Below, piece after piece: positions 20,857-29,334 of a DNA stretch of 37,547 nt. This DNA comes from an uncultured Janthinobacterium sp. Lineage in GTDB: Bacteria; Vulcanimicrobiota; Vulcanimicrobiia; Vulcanimicrobiales; Vulcanimicrobiaceae. Each line of letters begins with the position of its first letter. Positions within the stretch are counted from its first letter, which is position 1. Position numbers and translations under genes: made by a program. The notes below the pieces were generated by a model that worked only from the letters and a program-made list of their open reading frames with translations, was not told the origin of the DNA and searched no databases. The stretch is from NCBI GenBank assembly GCA_964658025.1, contig CAZZXB010000008.1:4091-41637 (forward strand). The letters are read 5' to 3'.

Positions 20857-21196
20857 CGCGTCGTCGCGCGAGCGTCTCGCCGCGCTCGCGAGCGAGATCG
20901 ATCGCTTCCACGTGACGGACCGCCGCATGATGCGCGCGCAGGTCGCCGTCCGTCGCGCCCTCGCCGACGGGGTCGCGACCTCCGTGCGCGCGTGCGAGGC
21001 GTATCTCCGCGAAGTCCGGCGATATTTCGACGGCTTCGAACGCGAGGCGCGCGTCCATCTCGCCGATCTCGACCGACGGCTCGCGCACGCGAGCCAGCTC
21101 CAATTCAACCTCACGGCCGAACGCGGCGTCGCCCAAAAACGGGTCGAGGCGACCCGGGCGGTCCTGGAACGCGCGCGCGAGTGCGTACGCCCGTGA
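20840..21196 (+). CDS. Hypothetical helical protein (about 118 aa), probable ATT start
   Basis: The frame of track ORF 20912..21196 extends upstream with protein-like sequence ([19 protein letters not shown]) to ATT 20840, 6 nt after GGGAGG. Its stop overlaps the mlaE GTG. Confidence 0.6.
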   Translation: MRPQLDASSRERLAALASEIDRFHVTDRRMMRAQVAVRRALADGVATSVRACEAYLREVRRYFDGFEREARVHLADLDRRLAHASQLQFNLTAERGVAQKRVEATRAVLERARECVRP

Positions 21197-21978
21197 AGGT
21201 CTTCGAAGAAGTCGGGCGCGGCACGACCGGGTTGCTCGAGTTCGCGGGCGGCGCGGCGCAGTTGTCGGCGGAGTCGGCTTCGTTCATCGGACGCTTACGC
21301 ATCCGCGTGACGGAGACGTTCACGCAGGCCTACGTGCTCGGCGTGCAGTCGGTCGTGATCGTGCTCCTCACCTCGCTGTTCACGGGCATGGTCATCTCGC
21401 TCGAGTCCGCGAATCAAGCGCAGAGCTACGGCGTGTCGAGCCTCGTCGGCGGCGCCGTCGCCTACGTGTCGTCGCGCGAACTCGGTCCGATGCTCACGGC
21501 GGTCGTCGTCGCCGGTCGGGCGGGCGCCGCGATCGCGGCCGAACTCGGCTCGATGGTCGTGACGGAACAGATCGAGGCGCTCGAGGCGCTCGGGCTCTCG
21601 CCCGTGCAGATGCTCGTCGTCCCGCGGATCATCGCGATGATCCTCATCCTCCCGATGCTCACGATCTTCGCCGACATCGTCGCCGTGCTCGGAGGGATGT
21701 ATCTCGCGAAACAGACCGCGCACATCGGCTTCGATTCGTTCATCGATTCCGTGCGGCAGTTCAGTTCGTTCGGCGATTACCTCAAGGGAATGCTCAAGGC
21801 GGTGGTCTTCGCGATCATCATCGTGATCGTCGGCTGCTATCGCGGGCTCGGCGTCCGCGGCGGTGCCGCCGGCGTCGGCAAGGCCACGACGAGCGCCGTC
21901 GTCACGTCGATCATCCTCATCTTCATCGCGAATTTCGCGATGTCGCTCATCCTCTTCGGGACCAACGGTTCGCGATGA
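21193..21978 (+). CDS. mlaE: MlaE-family ABC permease
   Basis: RELGPMLTAVVVAGRAGAAIAAELGSMVVTEQIEALEALG, LVVPRI and GAAGVGKATTSAVV motifs; GTG start at 21193. Confidence 0.93.
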   Translation: MKVFEEVGRGTTGLLEFAGGAAQLSAESASFIGRLRIRVTETFTQAYVLGVQSVVIVLLTSLFTGMVISLESANQAQSYGVSSLVGGAVAYVSSRELGPMLTAVVVAGRAGAAIAAELGSMVVTEQIEALEALGLSPVQMLVVPRIIAMILILPMLTIFADIVAVLGGMYLAKQTAHIGFDSFIDSVRQFSSFGDYLKGMLKAVVFAIIIVIVGCYRGLGVRGGAAGVGKATTSAVVTSIILIFIANFAMSLILFGTNGSR

Positions 21979-22727
21979 AAAATCTCGCGACGATCGAGGG
22001 CGTGACGCTCAAGTACGGCGATAAAGTAATCCTCCAGAACTGCTCGCTCGACGTTCGCGAGGGCGCGATCACGTGCCTGATCGGCCTCTCGGGCGCGGGC
22101 AAATCGACGATCCTACGCCTGCTCAACGGTCTGCGACAGCCCGATCTCGGGACCGTGACCGTGCGCGGGAAGAACCTCGCCACGCTACGCCCCCGCGATC
22201 TCATCGAGTTCCGGCAGAAGATCGGGTTCGCGTTCCAGTTCTCGGCGCTCTTCGACAGCATGACGATCGCGGACAACGTGGCGCTCCCGCTCCGCGAACA
22301 CACGAAGATGTCGCGCTCGGAGATCGACGCGCTCGTCGAGGAGACGCTCGACTCCGTCGGCCTCTCGAACGCGGGCGAGCGGCTCCCCGCCGAGCTCTCG
22401 GGCGGGATGCTCAAGCGAGCCGGATTCGCGCGCGCGATCGTCACGAGCCCCGATCTCGTCCTCTACGACGAACCGACGACCGGCCTCGATCCGATCATCA
22501 CGCACGTGTTGACCGACACGATCGTCCGGTTGCGCAAAAAGCTCGGCGGGACGGCCGTCGTCGTCTCGCACGACCTCGACAGCATCTTCGCGATGGCCGA
22601 TTACATCGCCATGCTCTTCGAAGGCGCGATCATCGCCTACGGCTCGGTCGACGAGTTGAAACAATCGCCCAATCCCATCGTTCAACAGTTCTTACAAGGG
22701 AGCGAGGTCGGTCCGATCCCGCTGTAG
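21975..22727 (+). CDS. mlaF: MlaF-family ABC ATPase
   Basis: GLSGAGKST Walker A, FQFSALFDSMT, ELSGGMLKRAGFARA, YDEPTTGLDPI and VSHD motifs. Confidence 0.93.
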   Translation: MKNLATIEGVTLKYGDKVILQNCSLDVREGAITCLIGLSGAGKSTILRLLNGLRQPDLGTVTVRGKNLATLRPRDLIEFRQKIGFAFQFSALFDSMTIADNVALPLREHTKMSRSEIDALVEETLDSVGLSNAGERLPAELSGGMLKRAGFARAIVTSPDLVLYDEPTTGLDPIITHVLTDTIVRLRKKLGGTAVVVSHDLDSIFAMADYIAMLFEGAIIAYGSVDELKQSPNPIVQQFLQGSEVGPIPL

Positions 22728-22745
22728 CGGACGGCCCATATCGGC

Positions 22746-24383
22746 ATGACGAAACGAGCACAAGTCGGTCTGTTCACCATCCTCGCGATCGTCGCGGTGT
22801 TCGCGGTGTTTTTCGTGCTCTCCGATTTCGGGACGCGAACCCGGGGCTACAAGATCGGCGTCCGATTCCACAACGCCTCCGGACTGCGTAACGCGGCGCT
22901 CGTCTACCTCAGCGGCGTGCCGATCGGTGCCGTCGACCAGATCTCGCTGTTGCGCGATTATTCGACCGAGGTCGTCGTCGCGATCAACCCGGGTTACGAG
23001 ATTCCGGCGAATTCGCGGTTTCTGATCCAAGCGCCGATCACGGGCGAGCCGACGATCCTCATCGATCCGCCGCGCGACACGTCGCCGAACGTCGCGACGC
23101 TCCCGCACGAAGTCTTGCCGATCGATCAACAGCCGCGCGGCGCGAACCCGACGAGCATCGCCGATCTTCTCGAACAGGGCCAGGGCGAGGTCCGTCGGCT
23201 CGACGACGTGCTCGCGCAGTTGCAGAAAGCCGAGCCGCGCCTGCTCGCGCAACTCAGCTCGACGCTCGACAACGCGAACGAACTCACGACGAACGCGAAT
23301 CGCTCGCTCACGCTCGTCACGAGTAAGGTCGATCGCCTCTCGGATTCGCTCGAACGCAACCTCACGGTTGCGGGCGACAACGTCGCGAGCCTGACGAACA
23401 CGCTCAACGCGACGGCCGGCCGCGACTCGGGGAAGATCGACGACCTGCTCTCGCAGTTGCAACGGACGTCGAAGTCGTTCGGCCAGACCGTCGATTCGCT
23501 CCACGACGTCGCGACGAATCCCAAGGTGAAGAACAACCTCATCGATACCACGCGCGATTTCGCGCTCACGGCGAAGACGTTCGCCGAACTGACGGGCGAC
23601 CTGCGGAACGTCACGGGGAACCCGCAAACCCAAGCGCAACTCCGCGACACGGTCGCCCAACTCGACTCGACGTCGCAGAAGGTCAACTCGCTCGTCGGAC
23701 AACTCGGCGGGACGTCGAGCGTCTACGGCGTCGATGCGAACGCCACGCCCGCACCGGCGGCGACGCCGACCCCGCCTGGCTACCTTCCGACCTCGGCACC
23801 CGCGACCGCACCGCGCGACGGCGCCGGACGCGGCACGAGCGCGTCGAACGATCCCGGCACGGCGAACGCGGCGGCGTCGCGGACGACGAGCGCGGGCGTG
23901 GCCAACCTGCGCAAGCGCCTCGATTCGTTCACGAAGGATCTCGTCCAACTCCAGGTACGCGCGGGCGTTCTCGCGCCGCTGAGGCCCGGAAGCTACGACC
24001 GCAACACCTCGCCGTTATTGACCGCCGATCGCGGCCCGCAATCGGATTTCAATCTGCTCGTCTTGCCGCACGGGTCGTCGGGGCTCAAGCTCGGCGTGAA
24101 CGACGTCGGCTCGAACGGGACGTCGACCGCGAACGTCGTCTTGCTCAACCGTCGGCGAGGCTTCACGTACGGCGGAGGGATCGAATATTCGCGTCTGGGC
24201 GTCGAGACGAGCGTCGCGGGCAACCTGCTCGGACTCGAGGCGCGCGCGTACGATCTGCGCCATCCCACGCTCGATACGTACGTCAACCTCTTCGCGTTGC
24301 CGAAGGTGCAGGTCTTCGGCGGCGAACGCGACCTGACGCATGCGTCGCGACGCACGGCCTTCGGGTTGCAGTTCGAGTTCTGA
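22746..24383 (+). CDS. mlaD: Elongated MlaD/MCE protein with helical stalk and C-terminal beta-rich domain
   Basis: N-terminal TM (AQVGLFTILAIVAV), MCE motif (F.NASGL...V.LSGVPIGAV), long helical region, Pro/Ala/Thr linker, and amphipathic beta strands ending FGLQFEF. Confidence 0.88.
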   Translation: MTKRAQVGLFTILAIVAVFAVFFVLSDFGTRTRGYKIGVRFHNASGLRNAALVYLSGVPIGAVDQISLLRDYSTEVVVAINPGYEIPANSRFLIQAPITGEPTILIDPPRDTSPNVATLPHEVLPIDQQPRGANPTSIADLLEQGQGEVRRLDDVLAQLQKAEPRLLAQLSSTLDNANELTTNANRSLTLVTSKVDRLSDSLERNLTVAGDNVASLTNTLNATAGRDSGKIDDLLSQLQRTSKSFGQTVDSLHDVATNPKVKNNLIDTTRDFALTAKTFAELTGDLRNVTGNPQTQAQLRDTVAQLDSTSQKVNSLVGQLGGTSSVYGVDANATPAPAATPTPPGYLPTSAPATAPRDGAGRGTSASNDPGTANAAASRTTSAGVANLRKRLDSFTKDLVQLQVRAGVLAPLRPGSYDRNTSPLLTADRGPQSDFNLLVLPHGSSGLKLGVNDVGSNGTSTANVVLLNRRRGFTYGGGIEYSRLGVETSVAGNLLGLEARAYDLRHPTLDTYVNLFALPKVQVFGGERDLTHASRRTAFGLQFEF

Positions 24384-25021
24384 GATCGTTCGCGGCGCGG
24401 GAGCCGCTCGCCGTCGTCGCGATCGTCGCGCTCAACGTCGCGATCTTCGCGTACGAACTCTCCCTCGCGCCGGACGCCCGCGATGCGTTCGTCGCCGCGA
24501 ACGCGCTCGTCCCGTTCGACGTCGCGCACGGGGTCGCGCACGCCGCCTCCGCGCCGCCGACGCTCGCGACGCTCCTCACCGCGCAGTTCGTCCACGCGAG
24601 CATCCCGCACGTCGGCTTCAACATGCTCTTCCTCGCCGCGGCCGGCCCCGCGCTCGAAGCGCGGATCGGACACGCGCGCTTCGCCGCGTTCTACGTGCTG
24701 TGCGGCGTCCTGGGAAATCTCGCGCAGATCTCGGCCGATCCCGCAAGCCACGTGCCCTCGCTCGGCGCGTCGGGTGCGGTCGCGGGCGTGCTCGGCGCGT
24801 ACGCGCTGCGGTTTCCGACGAGGCCCGTCCTGCACGTCCCCGCGGTCGCGTTCATCGGACTGTGGGCCGCATCGCAATTCGTCCACGGGTTTGCGGCGCT
24901 CGCGCCGAACGCTCTCTCCGAACGCGGCGGCGGCATCGCGTACGTCGCACACATGGGTGGATTTCTCGCGGGGGTATTCTCGATCGGACGGTTCGAAACG
25001 CGCCCGGGGCGCACGGTATGA
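24380..25021 (+). CDS. Rhomboid intramembrane serine protease (CTG start)
   Basis: HVGFNMLFL, SLGASGAV (catalytic Ser) and AHMGG (His) motifs. The first TM helix (LAVVAIVALNVAIFAYEL) lies upstream of the first ATG at 24623 and reads from CTG 24380, which overlaps the mlaD TGA. Confidence 0.85.
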   Translation: MRSFAAREPLAVVAIVALNVAIFAYELSLAPDARDAFVAANALVPFDVAHGVAHAASAPPTLATLLTAQFVHASIPHVGFNMLFLAAAGPALEARIGHARFAAFYVLCGVLGNLAQISADPASHVPSLGASGAVAGVLGAYALRFPTRPVLHVPAVAFIGLWAASQFVHGFAALAPNALSERGGGIAYVAHMGGFLAGVFSIGRFETRPGRTV

Positions 25022-25953
25022 CGGCGACATCGCGACCGCGTTCGCGCGTCGCGATCCTCGGCGCGGGCGCGATGGGCTCGCTCTTCGCGTACCACTTCGC
25101 CGAACACGACGACGTGACGCTCGTCGACGTGCGCGGCGACGTCGTCGACACGATCAACGCCGTCGGCGGCGTGCGCGTCGACGATCTCCCGGTCCGACGC
25201 GTCGTCGCGACGCGCGACGCGGCCGCGGCCTTCAAGGCGAATTACTTGTTCGTGTTCGTGAAGGCGCCGAACACGCTCGCCGCCGTGCGGCCTTTCGCGG
25301 GGATGCTCAATCCCGCCACGCCGATCGTGTCGCTGCAGAACGGACTCGGCAACGAGGAAGCGATCAAAACCGCGCTCGGCGGCACCGTCTCGCTCGTGAT
25401 CGGCGTGACGGACGTCGTGGGTCTCGCGGTCGGCCACGGGCATTCGCGGCGACAGGGCATCGGGTCGACCGTCGTCGGTACGGCGGGCGCGACGACCGCG
25501 TCCGTGCGCTCGGTGCAACAGTTGATCGAGCGCGCGCATCTCGATTGCGGGATCGCGTACGACATCCAGCCGCATCTTTGGGGAAAGTTACTCGCGAACG
25601 CCGCGATCAATCCGATCGCCGCGCTCGCCGAAGCGAGTAACGACATCATCGCGAACGACGCGGACGCGGCCGAGCTCGCGCGCTCCGTCGCGGCCGAAGG
25701 CGCCGAGATCGCGCGCGCGCTCCGCGTGAACCTGCCCTTCGGCGACACGTGGGAATACGTTCGCGGCGTCGTCGCGCAGACGAGCGGCGTCCGCAATTCG
25801 ATGACGATCGATCTCGCCGCGCGGATGACGACCGAGATCGATCAGGTCAACGGCGCGATCGTCGCCGCCGCGCGTCGTCTCGGTATCCGGACGCCCTACA
25901 ACGAGGCGCTCGTGCGGCTCGTCCGCGCCAAGCAAAATGCCTCGCGCGACTGA
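25018..25953 (+). CDS. panE: 2-dehydropantoate 2-reductase family protein
   Basis: ILGAGAMGS, FVKA, SLQNGLGNEE, WGKLLANAAINP and SM..D.....TEIDQVNGAIV motifs; ATG 25018. Confidence 0.85.
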   Translation: MTATSRPRSRVAILGAGAMGSLFAYHFAEHDDVTLVDVRGDVVDTINAVGGVRVDDLPVRRVVATRDAAAAFKANYLFVFVKAPNTLAAVRPFAGMLNPATPIVSLQNGLGNEEAIKTALGGTVSLVIGVTDVVGLAVGHGHSRRQGIGSTVVGTAGATTASVRSVQQLIERAHLDCGIAYDIQPHLWGKLLANAAINPIAALAEASNDIIANDADAAELARSVAAEGAEIARALRVNLPFGDTWEYVRGVVAQTSGVRNSMTIDLAARMTTEIDQVNGAIVAAARRLGIRTPYNEALVRLVRAKQNASRD

Positions 25954-26617
25954 ACGCGCGCTGCGCGCCGTCATCTTCGACATGGACGGGATCCTCGTCG
26001 ATACCGAGGGCATCTGGGAGCGCGTACGCCGTGCGTTCGTCGCCGACCACGGCGGTCGCTATCACGACGGCGTGACGCGCGACCTCATGGGGATGAGCGC
26101 GCCCGAATGGTCGGGTTACATCCGCGCGAAGCTCGGCGTCCCGCTGACGGACGCGGAGATCAACGCGGGGATCGTCGACGGCGTGTCGTCCGCGATGCGC
26201 GAGCGCTTACCGCTCTACCCCGGCGCGGTCGAGACGGTCCGCGCGCTCGCCGCGCGGGTGCCCGTCGCCGTGGCGTCGTCATCCAACCGCTCGCTCATCG
26301 ATCTCGTGGTGCGCGAATCCGGTCTCGCCGACGTCTTCGCGACGACCGTCTCGTCCGAAGAAGTGGCACGCGGCAAACCCGCGCCGGACGTCTATCTCCG
26401 CGCCGCCGAGCTCCTGGGCTTCGCACCCGAGACGTGCGCCGCGATCGAAGATTCCTCGAACGGTCTGCGCGCCGCACGGGCGGCCGGCATGTTCGTCGTC
26501 GCGGTTCCGAACGCCGAATATCCCCCGACCGACGAGTCCCTCGCGCTCGCGGACGTCGTCGTCGCCACGATCGCGGACGTCACGCCCGCGGCCTTCGATT
26601 TCGGCCGCGCACGGTAA
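25937..26617 (+). CDS. HAD-IA family phosphatase
   Basis: FDMDGILVDTE, VASSS, GKPAPDVYL and IEDSSNGLRAA motifs. Confidence 0.88.
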   Translation: MPRATERALRAVIFDMDGILVDTEGIWERVRRAFVADHGGRYHDGVTRDLMGMSAPEWSGYIRAKLGVPLTDAEINAGIVDGVSSAMRERLPLYPGAVETVRALAARVPVAVASSSNRSLIDLVVRESGLADVFATTVSSEEVARGKPAPDVYLRAAELLGFAPETCAAIEDSSNGLRAARAAGMFVVAVPNAEYPPTDESLALADVVVATIADVTPAAFDFGRAR

Positions 26618-26632
26618 CGGTCCGGGGAGCGC

Positions 26633-27235
26633 ATGCCGGCACCGGGTGAGGGACCGACGCGATCGATCGCGACGGGGCGCGGAGACGACGGCTCGACGTC
26701 CGAGCCGGGCGGCGCGCGCGCGAGCAAGGGCGAGGCACGCGTCGAAGCCGTCGGGGCGGTCGACGAACTCAACGCCGCGATCGGCCTCGCGCGCGCGCAT
26801 TGCGGAGATACGGCGCTCGCGGCGCGACTCCACGCGATACAGCGCGAACTCTTTCCACTCGGATCGGCGCTCTCGCATAAACCGGGCGGCCGACATCCCG
26901 TTCGCGAGATCGACGACGCCGCGATCGCGCGGCTCGACGCGTTCGTCGCGCGACTCGAGGCGCATCCGGGCGTCGTTCTCGATTGGACGGTCCCCGGAGC
27001 GATGCGCGAGTCGGCGTTTTTCGAAGTGGCGCGGACGGTCTGTCGGCGCGCCGAGCGCGCGGCGGTGCGGCTCGCCGGCACGGGCGAACCCGTGCAGAAG
27101 AACGTGCTCGCCTATCTCAATCGGCTCTCGGACGTGCTGTGGCTGTGCGCGCGCGTGCTCGAAGCCGATGCCGGCATCGACGCGCGTCTCCGCGACGAAC
27201 GCTTCCCGGGTCCGCCGTTTTCCGCGGCGTGGTAG
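26633..27235 (+). CDS. PduO-type ATP:cob(I)alamin adenosyltransferase
   Basis: TGRGDDGST, RVEAVGAVDELNAAIG, ARTVCRRAER and YLNRLSD motifs. Confidence 0.88.
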   Translation: MPAPGEGPTRSIATGRGDDGSTSEPGGARASKGEARVEAVGAVDELNAAIGLARAHCGDTALAARLHAIQRELFPLGSALSHKPGGRHPVREIDDAAIARLDAFVARLEAHPGVVLDWTVPGAMRESAFFEVARTVCRRAERAAVRLAGTGEPVQKNVLAYLNRLSDVLWLCARVLEADAGIDARLRDERFPGPPFSAAW

Positions 27236-27260
27236 CGGCGCGAAAACGACGACCGGATGT

Positions 27261-27305
27261 AATAAAGAAGAAGACCCGAGTGCCTCGTGCTCTCGGGTCT
27301 TCTTC
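27261..27305 (-). terminator. Intrinsic terminator (U-tract on the minus strand; may act in both directions)
   Basis: Perfect 14-bp stem GAAGAAGACCCGAG (27267-27280) / CTCGGGTCTTCTTC (27292-27305), followed on the minus strand by TTTATT. Confidence 0.8.
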
Positions 27306-27309
27306 GCGT

Positions 27310-27520
27310 TCAGGTAACCGCGTAGACTCTGTCAGAACAGTACAAGGGATGATCCCTCCTGTAGCTGATGGTGGGCGCCGAAGGCGAGCGGTTCGCCACG
27401 CGGCGCGAGGTGCGGGGGCGCGTGCGTCCTGCGCGCGCGACCCATCGCGAATTACGTTCCGCTTTTTCTCGTAAGACAGTGCAAGGGTTGGGTCCCTCCG
27501 TCTGACTTTCGCGTTATTTC
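27310..27520 (-). ncRNA. Candidate structured RNA with duplicated hairpin motif (family unknown)
   Basis: Imperfect direct repeats at 27337-27368 and 27476-27505, long-range complementarity of the flanks, and a terminator immediately downstream on the minus strand. Confidence 0.45.
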
Positions 27521-27585
27521 CACCGGCGGTCGACGATACTTAGGCGTCGCGCGCGACATGCCTCTCGGAAGAGATGAGATCGCGC

Positions 27586-28275
27586 TCACACCGTCGCGGA
27601 TGCGACGCGCGCCAGGAGTTCGCCCGCGACGCGTTCGAGCGTCGCGAGCGCGCGCGAGCCGTTGCGCGCGAGATGGTATCCCGCGACGGGACGCCGGAGC
27701 AGGGCGAGCGCGAACGCGAAGCCGTCGATCCCGCCCGCGACGTCGATCGTGCGCCCGAGTTCGGGAAGATCGTCCCGGCTCGCATCGCTCGCGACGCGGA
27801 GCGCCGCGACGCGCGCGCCGTTCGCCGTCAAGCGCTCGACGACGACGCGCGTTTCCATGTCGACCGCATCGACCGCGTAACGACGACCGAGGGCGATCTT
27901 CTCCGCCGACGACTCGACGATACGATCGCTCTCGATGGCGCGCACGCCGCCGTGCGAACGCGCGACCGCAAGCACGACGTCTTCGGAGAGCGCCGCATCG
28001 CAGGGCACGATCGCGCCGTCGGGCGCGCGGGCGATCTCGCGGTAGACGAGCGCGTCGCCGACGGCGAAACGCGTCGAGAGTACGCCGCAGAGCCCGAGTA
28101 CGACGACGCGCGCGCCCGCGACCGAGCCTTCGGCGAGGATCCGCTCGACGGCGCGTTCGGCGCTATGCGGACCGATGCCGGTCGTCGCGAGCGCGACGCG
28201 CGCGGCCGTGCGCTCGCGCGCGCGTCGGACCGCGCGTTCTTCGGCGCCCGCCGGAACGACGACGATGTCCAGCAG
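27586..28275 (-). CDS. hpnG: HpnG-like nucleosidase/phosphorylase (PNP/MTA family), CTG start at 28275 or 28272
   Basis: Manual extension of ORF 27586..28008 gives LLDIVVVPAGAEERAV...TTGIGP...VVLGLCGVLS...GDALVY...AVDMET...LRVASD. Directly downstream of hpnH. Confidence 0.75.
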   Translation of the reverse strand: MLDIVVVPAGAEERAVRRARERTAARVALATTGIGPHSAERAVERILAEGSVAGARVVVLGLCGVLSTRFAVGDALVYREIARAPDGAIVPCDAALSEDVVLAVARSHGGVRAIESDRIVESSAEKIALGRRYAVDAVDMETRVVVERLTANGARVAALRVASDASRDDLPELGRTIDVAGGIDGFAFALALLRRPVAGYHLARNGSRALATLERVAGELLARVASATV

Positions 28276-28302
28276 GACGCCTACCCGATGTTCGCGGTGG
28301 GG

Positions 28303-29322
28303 TCAGTTACGGCCGATGACGGTGGTCATCGCGCGCAATACGTTTCCGGGCCGCATCGAATCCTCGGCGGCCGTCGGCTCGAAACCGCAATGGACCATGC
28401 AGTCGGTGCATTTCGGATTGCCGCTCTTGCGACCGTACTTCGACCAATCCGTATCGTCGAGTAATTCTTGGTACGTCTTGGCGTACGACTCGCCGAGCAG
28501 ATAGCACGGGCGCTGCCACCCGAAGAGCGAGTACGACGGCATGCCCCACGGCGTGCATTCGTAGTCTTTCTCGCCGAGCAAGAAGTCGAGGAACAGCGGA
28601 CTCGCGTTGAAGTTCCACTTCTTTTGCTTCGTGACGTAGGGCCGCATGATCTCGCGGAAGAGCGCCTTCGTCTGCTCCGCGTGGAGGAAGTGCTCCTGAT
28701 CGGGTGCCTTCTCGTACGGATAACCCGGAGAGATCATCATGCCGTCGACGCCGAGCTCGGTCGCGAAATCGAAGAAGTCCTGGACCTCGCCCGCCGTCGC
28801 GTTGTTGAAGATCGTCGTGTTCGTGGTCACGCGGAACCCGCGCGCCTTCGCGGCTTTGATCGCCTTGACGGCGATTTCGAAGACGCCGTCTTTCGCGACC
28901 GCGTGATCGTGGGCGGGCTTGAGGCCGTCGAGATGGACGGAGAACGAGAAGTAGTCCGAGGGCGCGAATTTGTCGAGGCTCTGCTCGAGGCGCAGCGCGT
29001 TCGTACAGAGGTAAACGAACTTCTTACGCGCGACCAGCCCGCGCACGATCTCGTCGATCTGCGGATGCAGTAACGGTTCGCCGCCCGGGATCGCGACGAC
29101 GGGCGCGCCGCATTCCTCGACCGCCGCGAAGCACTCTTCGACCGAAAGGTGTTTGCGCAACACCTCGACCGGGTGCTGGATCTTCCCGCAGCCGCTGCAC
29201 GCGAGGTTGCACCGGAAGAGCGGTTCGAGCATCAGCGTGAGCGGATACTTCTTACGCCCCTTGAGCTTCTGCATGACGACGTACTTGCCGATGACGGCGG
29301 CTTGTTTCACCGAGACTGCCAT
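28303..29322 (-). CDS. hpnH: Adenosylhopane-forming radical SAM enzyme
   Basis: [50 protein letters not shown] and [17 protein letters not shown] motifs. Confidence 0.95.
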   Translation of the reverse strand: MAVSVKQAAVIGKYVVMQKLKGRKKYPLTLMLEPLFRCNLACSGCGKIQHPVEVLRKHLSVEECFAAVEECGAPVVAIPGGEPLLHPQIDEIVRGLVARKKFVYLCTNALRLEQSLDKFAPSDYFSFSVHLDGLKPAHDHAVAKDGVFEIAVKAIKAAKARGFRVTTNTTIFNNATAGEVQDFFDFATELGVDGMMISPGYPYEKAPDQEHFLHAEQTKALFREIMRPYVTKQKKWNFNASPLFLDFLLGEKDYECTPWGMPSYSLFGWQRPCYLLGESYAKTYQELLDDTDWSKYGRKSGNPKCTDCMVHCGFEPTAAEDSMRPGNVLRAMTTVIGRN

Positions 29323-29334
29323 GATAGTTCTTCG

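Noticed and set aside
18286..21114. 942-aa track ORF as one protein; likewise 32849..34843, 24340..25953 and 3689..5254 at full length
   Set aside because: The N-terminal extensions overlap real genes (rph, hpnP, rhomboid, GH65); only the C-terminal parts carry family motifs.
27310..27520. Cobalamin riboswitch, T-box, tRNA/tmRNA or CRISPR interpretation of the intergenic element
   Set aside because: Only fragments resemble these (GCACTGT, GGTAACCGCG, CCACCA). There is no B12 box, T-arm or downstream gene in the right orientation, and only two imperfect repeats about 107 nt apart with no cas genes.
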